A model generated the notes under the pieces. That model had not been told where the DNA came from. It searched no databases and was given only the letters and a program-made list of their open reading frames with translations. DNA of 64,000 nt from Methylococcaceae bacterium (GTDB lineage Bacteria > Pseudomonadota > Gammaproteobacteria > Methylococcales > Methylomonadaceae): contig JBAXXH010000007.1 of the NCBI GenBank assembly GCA_037127995.1, positions 1,184 to 65,183 on the forward strand. The letters are read 5' to 3'. Shown one piece after another: positions 39,462-48,497 of the stretch. The stretch's first letter is position 1. Each line of letters starts with the position of its first letter. The translations under genes were made by a program, and so were the position numbers.

Positions 39462-41057
39462 TTAAGGTTTGAGCTTGTCAGATTCCATTTGAAGCATGAT
39501 AGCAATTAATTTGTCTTTTCCCTCAGGGGTATTCTTGAAAGTATGTAGATTCTTTATTTGCATTTTTTTTGCCTCTTCCTTTAATTTTGTAATATTCATT
39601 TTTTCAAGCCCCTGCCGCCCTATTTCTAAAGGGAATAAAATTGCACCTAATTGCTGATCAATTTTTTCGTTAAGCTTAAAAATTTCATTTGTTCGTGATT
39701 GAATAGTTTCTTGAGAATTTTTCAATTCTAAATTTAATTTTTCAATATTTTCTTTAAGCTTAAAAATTTCATTTGCTTGTGATTGAATAGTTTTTTCAAA
39801 CTGTTCTTTTACTTTATCAAAAATTAATCTTGTATATTCCTCAAAGTCTTTTTCAAAATTTTGAAAAAATTGCTGAAATAAATATTGAGATACGACTTTT
39901 TCTTTTTTTTTATAAGATATTGTTTTGTCTAAAACTTGGTATGTTTCACAATCATCTCTTAAGATATTCTCTTTTAATTTAACACACCAATTATCTATAT
40001 AATCAAAGCTGTAATTATCTTTTTTGTTATTAAATACAAACTGGTAAATACTTTCAATTGTATAATAATCTAATTGGCTGTCTAATTTAAATTTAATATC
40101 AACTTCAAAATTTTCAGTTTTATACTTATTACGAAATGCTTCGTAGCCTTTATTAATCCCAAATATTAATGCGATACCTTCTTTTTTTTCATCTGGGAAT
40201 TTGTTTGAAACAAAATCTGAAATAAAATTATCAATTGTTAGTCTTGCTCCATCACCATAGGATGCTAAAATTGCAACCAAGTATGTTTTAGAATCTCTAG
40301 GGATTTTATCAAGCATATATTTTCCATTATTTTTTTCTAATGCAATGGAATCTTTTCTTGCAAACTCTTCAATTATATTAGCATCTATTTTTGAATAGAT
40401 AGTATTATGTAACTTACCATGTTTGCTAGTGTTAATTATAGCCCATTCAAAATCATTATTAACAGGAATCGCTTGATTAATAAATTCTTTTTTTATTAAG
40501 CTATTTATAACTGATAATGTATTAAAGTAATTTAGAGGGTAGTTTTGATATTCGTTACCCGCTATACTCATTAACGAAAACCCACCTAGCAGTTTATCGA
40601 ATAATTCTAATTCTGTATTCCAATCTTTATCAACACCTTCAAGATTTAAGTTACTGATTTGGTTAGAGTTAGTGGCTTCTAAACTTGAATCTATTTCAAC
40701 TAAATTGTCTGGTAAAAATGCTGCCCCACTTGAAATATTAAAGCTTGTTGTTATTTTTTTCTTTTCATCTTGGAATATTATTTTTTTAATTCTCGAAATA
40801 GGAAGAGGCGAGTCAAACAGAAAAAAGTTTTCCGAAATTTTCCTAGGTTCTTCTAAAGGATTATTAAAAATAATTTCTAAAGCACAATTCGTTTGGTCAG
40901 TAAATTTCGTGTTTGATAATAGCAGACAATTTTCAAACTTAGTTTGAATATCCTGACTTCTATTTTTCAAATAATTTGCAGGACAAATACAGCCTTTGCT
41001 CATGTAATGTGCAAGATTCACTGATTTTATGGGTAGAAAATATTTTTTTTCATTCAT
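39462..41057 (-). CDS. Hypothetical protein: possible ART/DarT-like N-terminal fold, coiled coil and Rho-N/HeH-like C-terminal tip
   Basis: 531-aa ORF with an 84-bp internal duplication at 39672/39756 in the coiled coil. The domain calls are pattern-based only. Confidence 0.65.
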   Translation of the reverse strand: MNEKKYFLPIKSVNLAHYMSKGCICPANYLKNRSQDIQTKFENCLLLSNTKFTDQTNCALEIIFNNPLEEPRKISENFFLFDSPLPISRIKKIIFQDEKKKITTSFNISSGAAFLPDNLVEIDSSLEATNSNQISNLNLEGVDKDWNTELELFDKLLGGFSLMSIAGNEYQNYPLNYFNTLSVINSLIKKEFINQAIPVNNDFEWAIINTSKHGKLHNTIYSKIDANIIEEFARKDSIALEKNNGKYMLDKIPRDSKTYLVAILASYGDGARLTIDNFISDFVSNKFPDEKKEGIALIFGINKGYEAFRNKYKTENFEVDIKFKLDSQLDYYTIESIYQFVFNNKKDNYSFDYIDNWCVKLKENILRDDCETYQVLDKTISYKKKEKVVSQYLFQQFFQNFEKDFEEYTRLIFDKVKEQFEKTIQSQANEIFKLKENIEKLNLELKNSQETIQSRTNEIFKLNEKIDQQLGAILFPLEIGRQGLEKMNITKLKEEAKKMQIKNLHTFKNTPEGKDKLIAIMLQMESDKLKP

Positions 41058-41059
41058 AA

Positions 41060-42076
41060 TTATTCAATCTCAAATGTTCTTATATCGCCTTTATGTGGAT
41101 TATTTCTACAAATCAAAAATAAATTAATTTTAGTGCGTGTAAAAGCAACATAGTAATCTTTTTCAGTAATAATTGTAGTATTTGCAATGAACCAATCAAA
41201 TCTATCGAAGTTTGGAATAATAACAGTGTCAAATTCTGTTCCTTTTGATGATTTAAAAGTAGTAATATGTATTCCACTTAATCCTTGAAATACACCCATC
41301 TCTGCCTCGAATTTTGTACATTGAATAGGCGCAGAGAGTTGGTCTTTTATAAGATCAAAATATTTAGTAACGTCCTTTTTAGAAGGGACTAGAATACCAA
41401 TATTATGAGTGTCGCCTTGGAAATCATTAATTATGCTCATAATACTTTCTAATTCACTATCGCTATCCCGACCAGTAATTTTCATTATGGGCTTTAATCC
41501 AGTTTGTTTGGCTTTATTTATACTTTCCTGTGGAATTAGAATATTTGGAAATACTGAACGTGTAAACTCAAGAATCTCCTTAGAATTTCTGAAGTTTTTA
41601 TACATTGTATATTCCGCATTTTTAGGAAATAAATTAGCAAGCTGCTCTGGAGTACAACCATCAGCATATAGACTTTGCGCATCATCAGCACCATAAGAGA
41701 CGTTATTTGAAAATTTTTTTATTGTGCGATAGAGATCAATGCTTACATCTTGACCTTCATCAATGATTATTTCATCATAGGTTTTTTGAATGTTTGAATG
41801 CGAAGTCCACAACAAAGTTCTATTTACATTTAAGGAAGATTCTATACTCTGAGAACCAGCAGATTGTTTTAAATAATGTTCTAATGTTTTTGTGTAAGTT
41901 AGCAATAAACTCTTTTGGGTATTTGTCGCATAATTACGAATATGCCTCCATAAACAGACTACACTTTTACCAGTGCCAGGACCGCCTGCTAATGCTATTG
42001 ATTCAGTCTCATCTAATGCGGCTTGTTGATCAACTGTTAAATCGTTAACCACTGGTAGATTAAAATAGTACGCCAT
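41060..42076 (-). CDS. Compact superfamily-1 (UvrD-like) helicase/ATPase
   Basis: GGPGTGKS (I), IIIDEGQD (II), GADDAQSLY (III), NFRNS (IV), TFKSSKGTEFD (V) and YVAFTR (VI). Confidence 0.85.
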   Translation of the reverse strand: MAYYFNLPVVNDLTVDQQAALDETESIALAGGPGTGKSVVCLWRHIRNYATNTQKSLLLTYTKTLEHYLKQSAGSQSIESSLNVNRTLLWTSHSNIQKTYDEIIIDEGQDVSIDLYRTIKKFSNNVSYGADDAQSLYADGCTPEQLANLFPKNAEYTMYKNFRNSKEILEFTRSVFPNILIPQESINKAKQTGLKPIMKITGRDSDSELESIMSIINDFQGDTHNIGILVPSKKDVTKYFDLIKDQLSAPIQCTKFEAEMGVFQGLSGIHITTFKSSKGTEFDTVIIPNFDRFDWFIANTTIITEKDYYVAFTRTKINLFLICRNNPHKGDIRTFEIE

Positions 42077-42081
42077 AATAA

Positions 42082-43101
42082 TTATTTACCTGTTATAGTT
42101 TCTGATTTTGGATTAGAAATATGTGCTTTGTAATTATTAAGTGCTATTTCTTTTGATGTATTGGCGTAGCAATAGACACATTCGTGAGGACAGGTATTAT
42201 ACTCACCAATGTCTTTACTCATAATACAACCACAGCATTCTCTTTGTCCTTTATCTTTAATTTTTCTTGTTGTATGAATTTCATTATCAGTATCAAATAG
42301 CGTATGCTGAACAAATTCAACACCTAAGAATTTCATTAGTTTTTCATCCTGATGAAATAGTTTTATCATTAAGTCATCATCAATACACTTGTTGTGATTT
42401 ATACCATATTTGTTTAAATCAAATTTTTCAGCGCAGGTGGCTATTTCTAAATTCCATTTTTGATTTAGTTTTTGCAATCCTTCAGCAAACTCAATCATGG
42501 TATCAGGAGCGAATTCAATATAATTAATATTTTCCTTTTTAAGATTATTCTCTACCTTCTTATATATTCCAATATCTGCAAAGCTGAAAACTAATTTACT
42601 TGTGTATTGGTTAATTTCATTGCCGATGCTTTCAAGTCTTCTAAGTAGCTCTTTAACATCAAGCTCTTTTGTAAGCAATAATGGATCAAATCGCCAAACA
42701 ACTTTTTCTTTACCTATTCTATTTGAAAGTTCTTTGAATGTATTAATTCTATGTTCAACTTTTTGTACATTACCTTCAAACCCTTCTTTATCATAATCAT
42801 TTAATGTGAATTGAAAATAATAGTTACCAATATTTTCATCAATAAAATCAAGATGTTTTAAAATAGGTTTTGGGTTTTTAGTCCAAAAAATAACAACACG
42901 GGTATCCTTAAAAGAAATATAAAGTGGCGTTCCATTAAATGGATTTTTCCATTTTACATAACCAGCTTTCCATCTTTCAACAAACCAGTCAGCGTAGAAA
43001 GTTGGGATGTCAGTTGAACGACTTGCAGAAACAATAATAGGTGTTTGGGCTAAAACTGTTTCGCCTTGTTCATTTACTATTTCTGATTTATTCCAATTCA
43101 T
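42082..43101 (-). CDS. DUF1848-family protein (radical-SAM-like, C-terminal CxxxCxxC)
   Basis: IVSASRSTDIPTFYADWF, FWTKNP, VWRFDP and QRECCGC...DIGEYNTCPHECVYCYAN. Confidence 0.88.
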   Translation of the reverse strand: MNWNKSEIVNEQGETVLAQTPIIVSASRSTDIPTFYADWFVERWKAGYVKWKNPFNGTPLYISFKDTRVVIFWTKNPKPILKHLDFIDENIGNYYFQFTLNDYDKEGFEGNVQKVEHRINTFKELSNRIGKEKVVWRFDPLLLTKELDVKELLRRLESIGNEINQYTSKLVFSFADIGIYKKVENNLKKENINYIEFAPDTMIEFAEGLQKLNQKWNLEIATCAEKFDLNKYGINHNKCIDDDLMIKLFHQDEKLMKFLGVEFVQHTLFDTDNEIHTTRKIKDKGQRECCGCIMSKDIGEYNTCPHECVYCYANTSKEIALNNYKAHISNPKSETITGK

Positions 43102-43733
43102 TTTATTACTCTAAATGTTAGATTAATTCTTTCGCCTACAACCTTGCTTGTTTTTGGTACTTGATGTTGCCAATAATGTTGCAATTCACCCTGCATAATT
43201 AATAAACTTCCATTAGTTAATTCAATTTCAATTTTTTCTTTAGTATTAATATGGCGTAGTTGAAACTTGCGTGTTGCACCAAAATTTACAGATGCAATAA
43301 TAGGATTTTTACCAAGTTCAGGTTCTGCATCTGTATGCCATGAAATTGAGTCGTTTCCGTTACGATAACGATTTAAAAGAACGCTATTAAAAATAATATT
43401 GGCTTTAGATTCAATTTTGGATTTTATTTCAAGTATTTCTTGAGTCCATAAATTAGGTTTTAGGGTTATGCCAGAAAAAGTGTAAGGTTTATCATTGTCG
43501 CCATACCAAGCCGTTAGTCTTGGGAAGTCAACCTTTTTTCCATACATATTCATTGATTCTTGCTTCCAATCAATTGTATTTTGAAGTTTTTTAAAAAACT
43601 CATCACTTATTGATTTTGAGAGAAAATCAGGATAAAAAATATATTCACCGTTCTCAACTTTGGTTAAACCTTTGTTTGCCCTATCTACAGAGTTTATTGG
43701 AACAGGACTATCGAAAATATCTATTTGGTTCAT
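43098..43733 (-). CDS. AlkB-family 2OG-Fe(II) dioxygenase (ALKBH2/3-like)
   Basis: PRLTAWYG, NSVLLNRYRNGNDSISWHTD (HxD), QHQVPK (H) and RINLTFR (R..R). ATGA overlap with DUF1848. Confidence 0.92.
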   Translation of the reverse strand: MNQIDIFDSPVPINSVDRANKGLTKVENGEYIFYPDFLSKSISDEFFKKLQNTIDWKQESMNMYGKKVDFPRLTAWYGDNDKPYTFSGITLKPNLWTQEILEIKSKIESKANIIFNSVLLNRYRNGNDSISWHTDAEPELGKNPIIASVNFGATRKFQLRHINTKEKIEIELTNGSLLIMQGELQHYWQHQVPKTSKVVGERINLTFRVIK

Positions 43734-44168
43734 TTGACAAGGTTATTTAAATTACTAATAAAGGTAATACGGTATGGAATTCAACCGTATCAAACGAGGT
43801 ATCCTAACCTTAAAACTGCGGGGAGTCTCTATTTTTGAGTAAAGATTTCCCTTGCTCCCAGCGTGTAAATCCTCAAAAATACCGCGACAAATTAGATTGC
43901 TACGCAAGCCCCAGCCGTCCTGGTCACTCGCTCACCACCCAACAAGGGGTGGTTCACATGCTCTCCAATGACTCGACGTGATTTCGTAAATCCTGTATTT
44001 TCAAGCCGCAAAGAACACTCTGTGAAAACACATGCACTATCACTTCTGGGGACTACTCGACTCCTTGTCTCGCAGCGATGGCTCTTCCGGGTTTCGTGGA
44101 GGATGTCCGGTTGTGTAAATTTCTGAAACGCCAATTATTCGGCTACCAACTAAGACGGGACAGTTTGA

Positions 44169-44232
44169 GGTTAAGCCGTTCGTGGTGAGCTTGTCGAACC
44201 ATGAACGACTTAACCGCTAACCCTTCGACAGC
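44169..44232. repeat. REP-like element GTTCGTGGTGAGCTTGTCGAACCATGAAC...CCCTTCGACAG
   Basis: Hairpin GGTTAAG...CTTAACC enclosing the motif. Confidence 0.6.
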
Positions 44233-44501
44233 CGAGTAGGCACATGCTTTTCGTGCCCGACACATTACGGTATCCGATGATAAAATAACAGCAGCAGCAA
44301 AACTACACATCATTATCGCATTTAAGCATTAAAATGTCGGACTGCGATAAAACTGTTGCCCAATATCTACTTAGCGCAAACCATTCAACACCCTCTTTGC
44401 TTCTTCGCTCGCTTCATTAGGGTGCTAAATGAGTATAAACCTCGGTGGTTGTTATTGACGCGTGACACCACAGGAGTAAACCTGTTATGACCGTTGCCAA
44501 G

Positions 44502-44741
44502 TTAAGTCTGCTCATCCCCTGCCATCGGTTCTGCATCAGGACTGGCGTTGAGCCAGGTGTCAAAAGCATTGAGTTCGCCGCGAGATTGCCGCTCACGAAA
44601 ATAGGTCTCGGTCTTCAATGCGGAAACCTTTTCGGCAATGGCCATGACAAAAAATTGGTTCATTGATACATGCTCTTCCTCCGCAACCTTACGGGCATAA
44701 GTAAAGAGAGATTCGGGGACGCGCAGCGCATAATTGGTCAT
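44502..44741 (-). CDS. Ribbon-helix-helix (CopG/HicB-like) antitoxin
   Basis: MTNYALRVPESL...VSMNQFFVMAIAEKVSAL. Shares base 44741 with the PIN gene stop. Confidence 0.8.
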   Translation of the reverse strand: MTNYALRVPESLFTYARKVAEEEHVSMNQFFVMAIAEKVSALKTETYFRERQSRGELNAFDTWLNASPDAEPMAGDEQT

Positions 44742-45178
44742 CAGGTATTCTCCTCTTGCAGTTGGCGCAAAAAAGCACCTGGGGTCAACACCGGCAGTCG
44801 AAAATGGCTGGCGGGAACAAAATCAGCAATATTCAAAGTGACCAGCACTTCAGCTCGGCCATTTAATGCTGTTTCCAATACCATCTCGTCGGCTGGGTCA
44901 CGTAATTGTGGTCGCCAAAGGTAATGCAGATGTACGGGTTCAATAAATAACGACAGTGCGTCTAAGAAGGCATCGGTCGTGGCCTCAGTACGTCCGCTGA
45001 CAGCTAGTTGTTCCGGTCGCTTCAGCACAGCTTCGTATTCCAGCATCAGTGGTACCGACGCCAGTGCTGTAAATTGACCGTTTTTTAGTGCCAATAGCAA
45101 TGCAAACGAAGCACCATTCCGGCTTCGGGATGCGGCGACTAGAATATTGGTATCCAAAACAACACGGGGTATTTTCAT
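44741..45178 (-). CDS. PIN-domain putative toxin
   Basis: VVLDTNILVAA, LEYEAV, LRDPADEMVLETA and VTLNIADF. Confidence 0.9.
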   Translation of the reverse strand: MKIPRVVLDTNILVAASRSRNGASFALLLALKNGQFTALASVPLMLEYEAVLKRPEQLAVSGRTEATTDAFLDALSLFIEPVHLHYLWRPQLRDPADEMVLETALNGRAEVLVTLNIADFVPASHFRLPVLTPGAFLRQLQEENT

Positions 45179-45259
45179 ATCGTATATGATATTACTATGC
45201 TTATAAAAGTCAAGATGTCTTATTATTGGCAGTTGTTATTCTGGTAGCCATGTAGATAC

Positions 45260-45358
45260 CGGGTTAGCGACAGCGTAACCCGACATTTTGATTATTCATA
45301 GCCAATATCATCAGTCCTGTAGCGAATGTGTCGGGTTACGGCTATCGTCTAACCCTAC
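45260..45358. repeat. REP-like inverted repeat GGGTTAGCG...CGTAACCCGACA / TGTCGGGTTACG...CTAACCC
   Basis: Paired IR immediately after the cusA stop. Confidence 0.7.
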
Positions 45359-45363
45359 ATGGC

Positions 45364-48300
45364 TTATCCGCTTTTATCAACATTATTTTTAATGGCATAT
45401 TGTTTACACAATGCATAAAGCGCCGGGATGACGATCAAGGTCAACAGTGTTGATGACACCATGCCTCCCACCATGGGCGCTGCGATGCGGCGCATGACTT
45501 CGGAACCGGTGCCGGTACTCCACAGAATAGGCAAAAGCCCTGCCATTATGGCGGTGACCGTCATTATTTTGGGACGCAGGCGTTCGGCTGCGCCAGTCAT
45601 CAGTGCCAGGTAAAGATCGGCTTCAGTGAAAGGACGCTCTTCATCCAGGCATTGCCGTTGTTTTTCCCGATAAGCCTGATCCAGATAAATCAACATCACC
45701 ACGCCGGTTTCTGCCGCGACGCCAGCCAGAGCGATAAAGCCGACACCAACCGCCACGCTGACATTGTAATCCAAAAACCACAGTAACCAGATACCACCGA
45801 CCAGTGCAAAAGGTACGGATAACATAACGATAAGCGTCTCGGTCAAACGCCCGAAGTTGAGATAAAGCAAAAGGAAAATAATACCGAGCGTTAGCGGTAC
45901 AACCAACTGCAAGCGCTGTTTGGCCCGTTCCATGTATTCAAACTGGCCGCTCCAGGTAATGTAATAACCTGCCGGAAATTTGACCGCTTGCTCCACCACT
46001 TTTTTGGCATCTTGGACATAACCGTCAATGTCGCGGCCACGCATGTCAACGTAAATATACGCAGACAACAAGGCATTTTCGGTACGGATTGCCGGTGGAC
46101 CTTTGTTCAGACTTAAATGTGCCAGTTGCCCCAAAGGAATCATGGCACCGCCAGCGACGGGAACCAGCACATGCGTGGCAATGGCTTGCGGACTGTCACG
46201 CAGTTCACGCGGATAACGGATGATAACGGCGAACCGTTCGCGCCCTTCCACCATGGTCGTTACGGTTTCGCCGCCTACCGCCGTGGCAATAATGTCTTGC
46301 ACATCGCCCACCAACAAACCATAACGCGCCAGCGCTTCGTAGTCCGGCGTGATGTTTAAATAAAAACCTCCGGTGATGCGTTCTGCGTAGGCGCTGGTGG
46401 TACCGGGAACCGTCTTGACCGCTTGTTCTATCTGTTGCGCCAAACGTTCCATTTCCGCCAAATCCTTGCCGAACAGTTTGATGCCGATGGGGGTACGAAT
46501 ACCGGTTGCCAGCATATCAATGCGATTTTTAATCGGCATAGTCCAGGCGTTGCTGACACCGGGTATTTGCAGCGCCAAATCCATTTCTGCAATCAACTTG
46601 TCGACCGTCATACCGGGTCGCCAATCGGCTTCAGGTTTAAGGTTAACCAAAGTTTCCGACATTTCCAACGGCGCTGAATCGGTGGCGGTTAGTGCCCGTC
46701 CCGCTTTACCGAATACCGATTCGACTTCGGGGAACTGTTTGATGATGCGATCTTGGGTTTGCAGCAATTCAGCGGCTTTGGTCGGCGACAAACCCGGTAA
46801 GGTTTGCGGCATAAACAGCAAAGTGCCTTCATTCAAGGTCGGCATAAATTCACCACCCAATTGCGAAGCCGGATACCAGGAAGCAGCCAGCATGAGCAGT
46901 GCAAAAACCAGCGTTAGTTTTTTGTAGCGCATGACGGCGGCAATAACCGGGCGATAAATCCAGATCAAAAACCGGTTGATGGGGTTGCGTTGTTCCGGCA
47001 GAATTTTTCCGCGTACAAACAATGACATTAACACAGGCACCAGCGTTACCGACAACAGCGCCGCTCCCGCCATCGCAAAGGTTTTGGTGAAAGCCAGCGG
47101 ATGAAACAACCGGCCTTCCTGGGCTTCCAGTGCGAACACCGGCAGAAAGGAAACGGTAATGATCAACAAGCTAAAAAATAGTGGTGGGCCGACTTCCTGA
47201 CAGGCATTAAGCAAGATTTCAGCTCGCGGCAGACGATCCGCATCGCGTTCCAGATGCTTGTGAACATTTTCAATCATGACAATCGCGGCGTCCACCATGG
47301 CACCAATCGCAATGGCAATACCGCCGAGGCTCATGATGTTGGAATTCATACCCAGCGCCTGCATGACAATAAAAGCAATCAGCAAGCCCACAGGCAGCAT
47401 TAAAATGGCCACCAACGCACTGCGTAAATGCAGTAAAAATAGAACGCAAACACCGGCCACGATGACATTTTCTTCCAACAAGGTATGACGCAAATTATCA
47501 ATCGCGCGGTGGATTAGTTCGGAACGGTCATAAACCGTTTGCACCGTCACGCCTTTTGGCAAACCCGTAGTGATTTCGTGCAGCCGGTCTTTTACGTTAC
47601 TGATGACTTCCAATGCATTCTGACCAAAGCGTGCCAGCGCAATACCGGAAACCGCCTCGCCTTCGCCATTCCATTCGGTAATGCCGCGCCGCTCATCGGG
47701 CACCAGCTCAACACGCGCCACATCTCGCACCAACACCGGAATACCTTTTTCGGCTTTCAATACCAGCCGTTCCAAATCCGCTTTACCGCGCAGATAACCC
47801 CGCCCACGCACCATGTATTCGGTTTCTGCCAGCTCGATAACCCGACCGCCAACATCACGGTTACCATTGCGAATGGCATCACTTAGGGTTTGTAAAGAGA
47901 CCCCGTAAGCTTGCAGTTTGTGGGGATCGACCGTGACCTGATATTGCTGCACAAAACCACCGATACTGGCCACTTCAGCCACGCCTTTGGCTTTGGTCAG
48001 TTGGTAACGCACAAACCAGTCTTGCAAGGTTCGCAATTCTGCCAGCGAATAGTTTTTTGCCAGCAGCGCGTATTGATAAACCCAACCAACGCCCGTGGCA
48101 TCAGGCCCCAATTTTGGCGTCACGCTGCTCGGCAAACTTCCGGTGAGCGTGGTGAGATATTCCAAAACCCGCGAACGCGCCCAATAAATATCAGTGCCGT
48201 CCTCAAAAATAATATAAACAAAAGAGGTGCCAAAATAAGAAAAGCCCCGCACGACTTTTGATCGTGGCACACTCAACATTGCCGTCGTTAATGGATAAGT

Positions 48301-48495
48301 CACCTGATCCTCAACAACTTGCGGTGCTTGTCCCGGATATTCCGTGTACACAATCACTTGCGCATCGGACAGATCGGGCAACGCATCCAGCGGCATTTTT
48401 GACAAAGCATAAATCCCGCCAATGACGATAGCCAACGTTGCCAGCAGCACCAAAAACACGTTACGCAAAGACCAGGCAATAACATGATTTAACAT
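45364..48495 (-). CDS. cusA: CusA/CzcA-family heavy-metal RND efflux pump (CusA/SilA type)
   Basis: DALPDLSDAQVIV, GPDATGVGWVYQY, AMVDAAIVMIEN and RLRPKIMT, with the Met relay residues apparently present. Confidence 0.95.
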   Translation of the reverse strand: MLNHVIAWSLRNVFLVLLATLAIVIGGIYALSKMPLDALPDLSDAQVIVYTEYPGQAPQVVEDQVTYPLTTAMLSVPRSKVVRGFSYFGTSFVYIIFEDGTDIYWARSRVLEYLTTLTGSLPSSVTPKLGPDATGVGWVYQYALLAKNYSLAELRTLQDWFVRYQLTKAKGVAEVASIGGFVQQYQVTVDPHKLQAYGVSLQTLSDAIRNGNRDVGGRVIELAETEYMVRGRGYLRGKADLERLVLKAEKGIPVLVRDVARVELVPDERRGITEWNGEGEAVSGIALARFGQNALEVISNVKDRLHEITTGLPKGVTVQTVYDRSELIHRAIDNLRHTLLEENVIVAGVCVLFLLHLRSALVAILMLPVGLLIAFIVMQALGMNSNIMSLGGIAIAIGAMVDAAIVMIENVHKHLERDADRLPRAEILLNACQEVGPPLFFSLLIITVSFLPVFALEAQEGRLFHPLAFTKTFAMAGAALLSVTLVPVLMSLFVRGKILPEQRNPINRFLIWIYRPVIAAVMRYKKLTLVFALLMLAASWYPASQLGGEFMPTLNEGTLLFMPQTLPGLSPTKAAELLQTQDRIIKQFPEVESVFGKAGRALTATDSAPLEMSETLVNLKPEADWRPGMTVDKLIAEMDLALQIPGVSNAWTMPIKNRIDMLATGIRTPIGIKLFGKDLAEMERLAQQIEQAVKTVPGTTSAYAERITGGFYLNITPDYEALARYGLLVGDVQDIIATAVGGETVTTMVEGRERFAVIIRYPRELRDSPQAIATHVLVPVAGGAMIPLGQLAHLSLNKGPPAIRTENALLSAYIYVDMRGRDIDGYVQDAKKVVEQAVKFPAGYYITWSGQFEYMERAKQRLQLVVPLTLGIIFLLLYLNFGRLTETLIVMLSVPFALVGGIWLLWFLDYNVSVAVGVGFIALAGVAAETGVVMLIYLDQAYREKQRQCLDEERPFTEADLYLALMTGAAERLRPKIMTVTAIMAGLLPILWSTGTGSEVMRRIAAPMVGGMVSSTLLTLIVIPALYALCKQYAIKNNVDKSG

Positions 48496-48497
48496 GG

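Noticed and set aside
43890-44140. Group II intron remnant or 80-aa protein
   Set aside because: No domain V/VI consensus, no GUGYG start and no RT fragment. The ORF has no recognisable features.
46397-47886. Several antisense ORFs (70-176 aa) within cusA
   Set aside because: These are shadow frames of a long, well-supported gene with no independent motifs.
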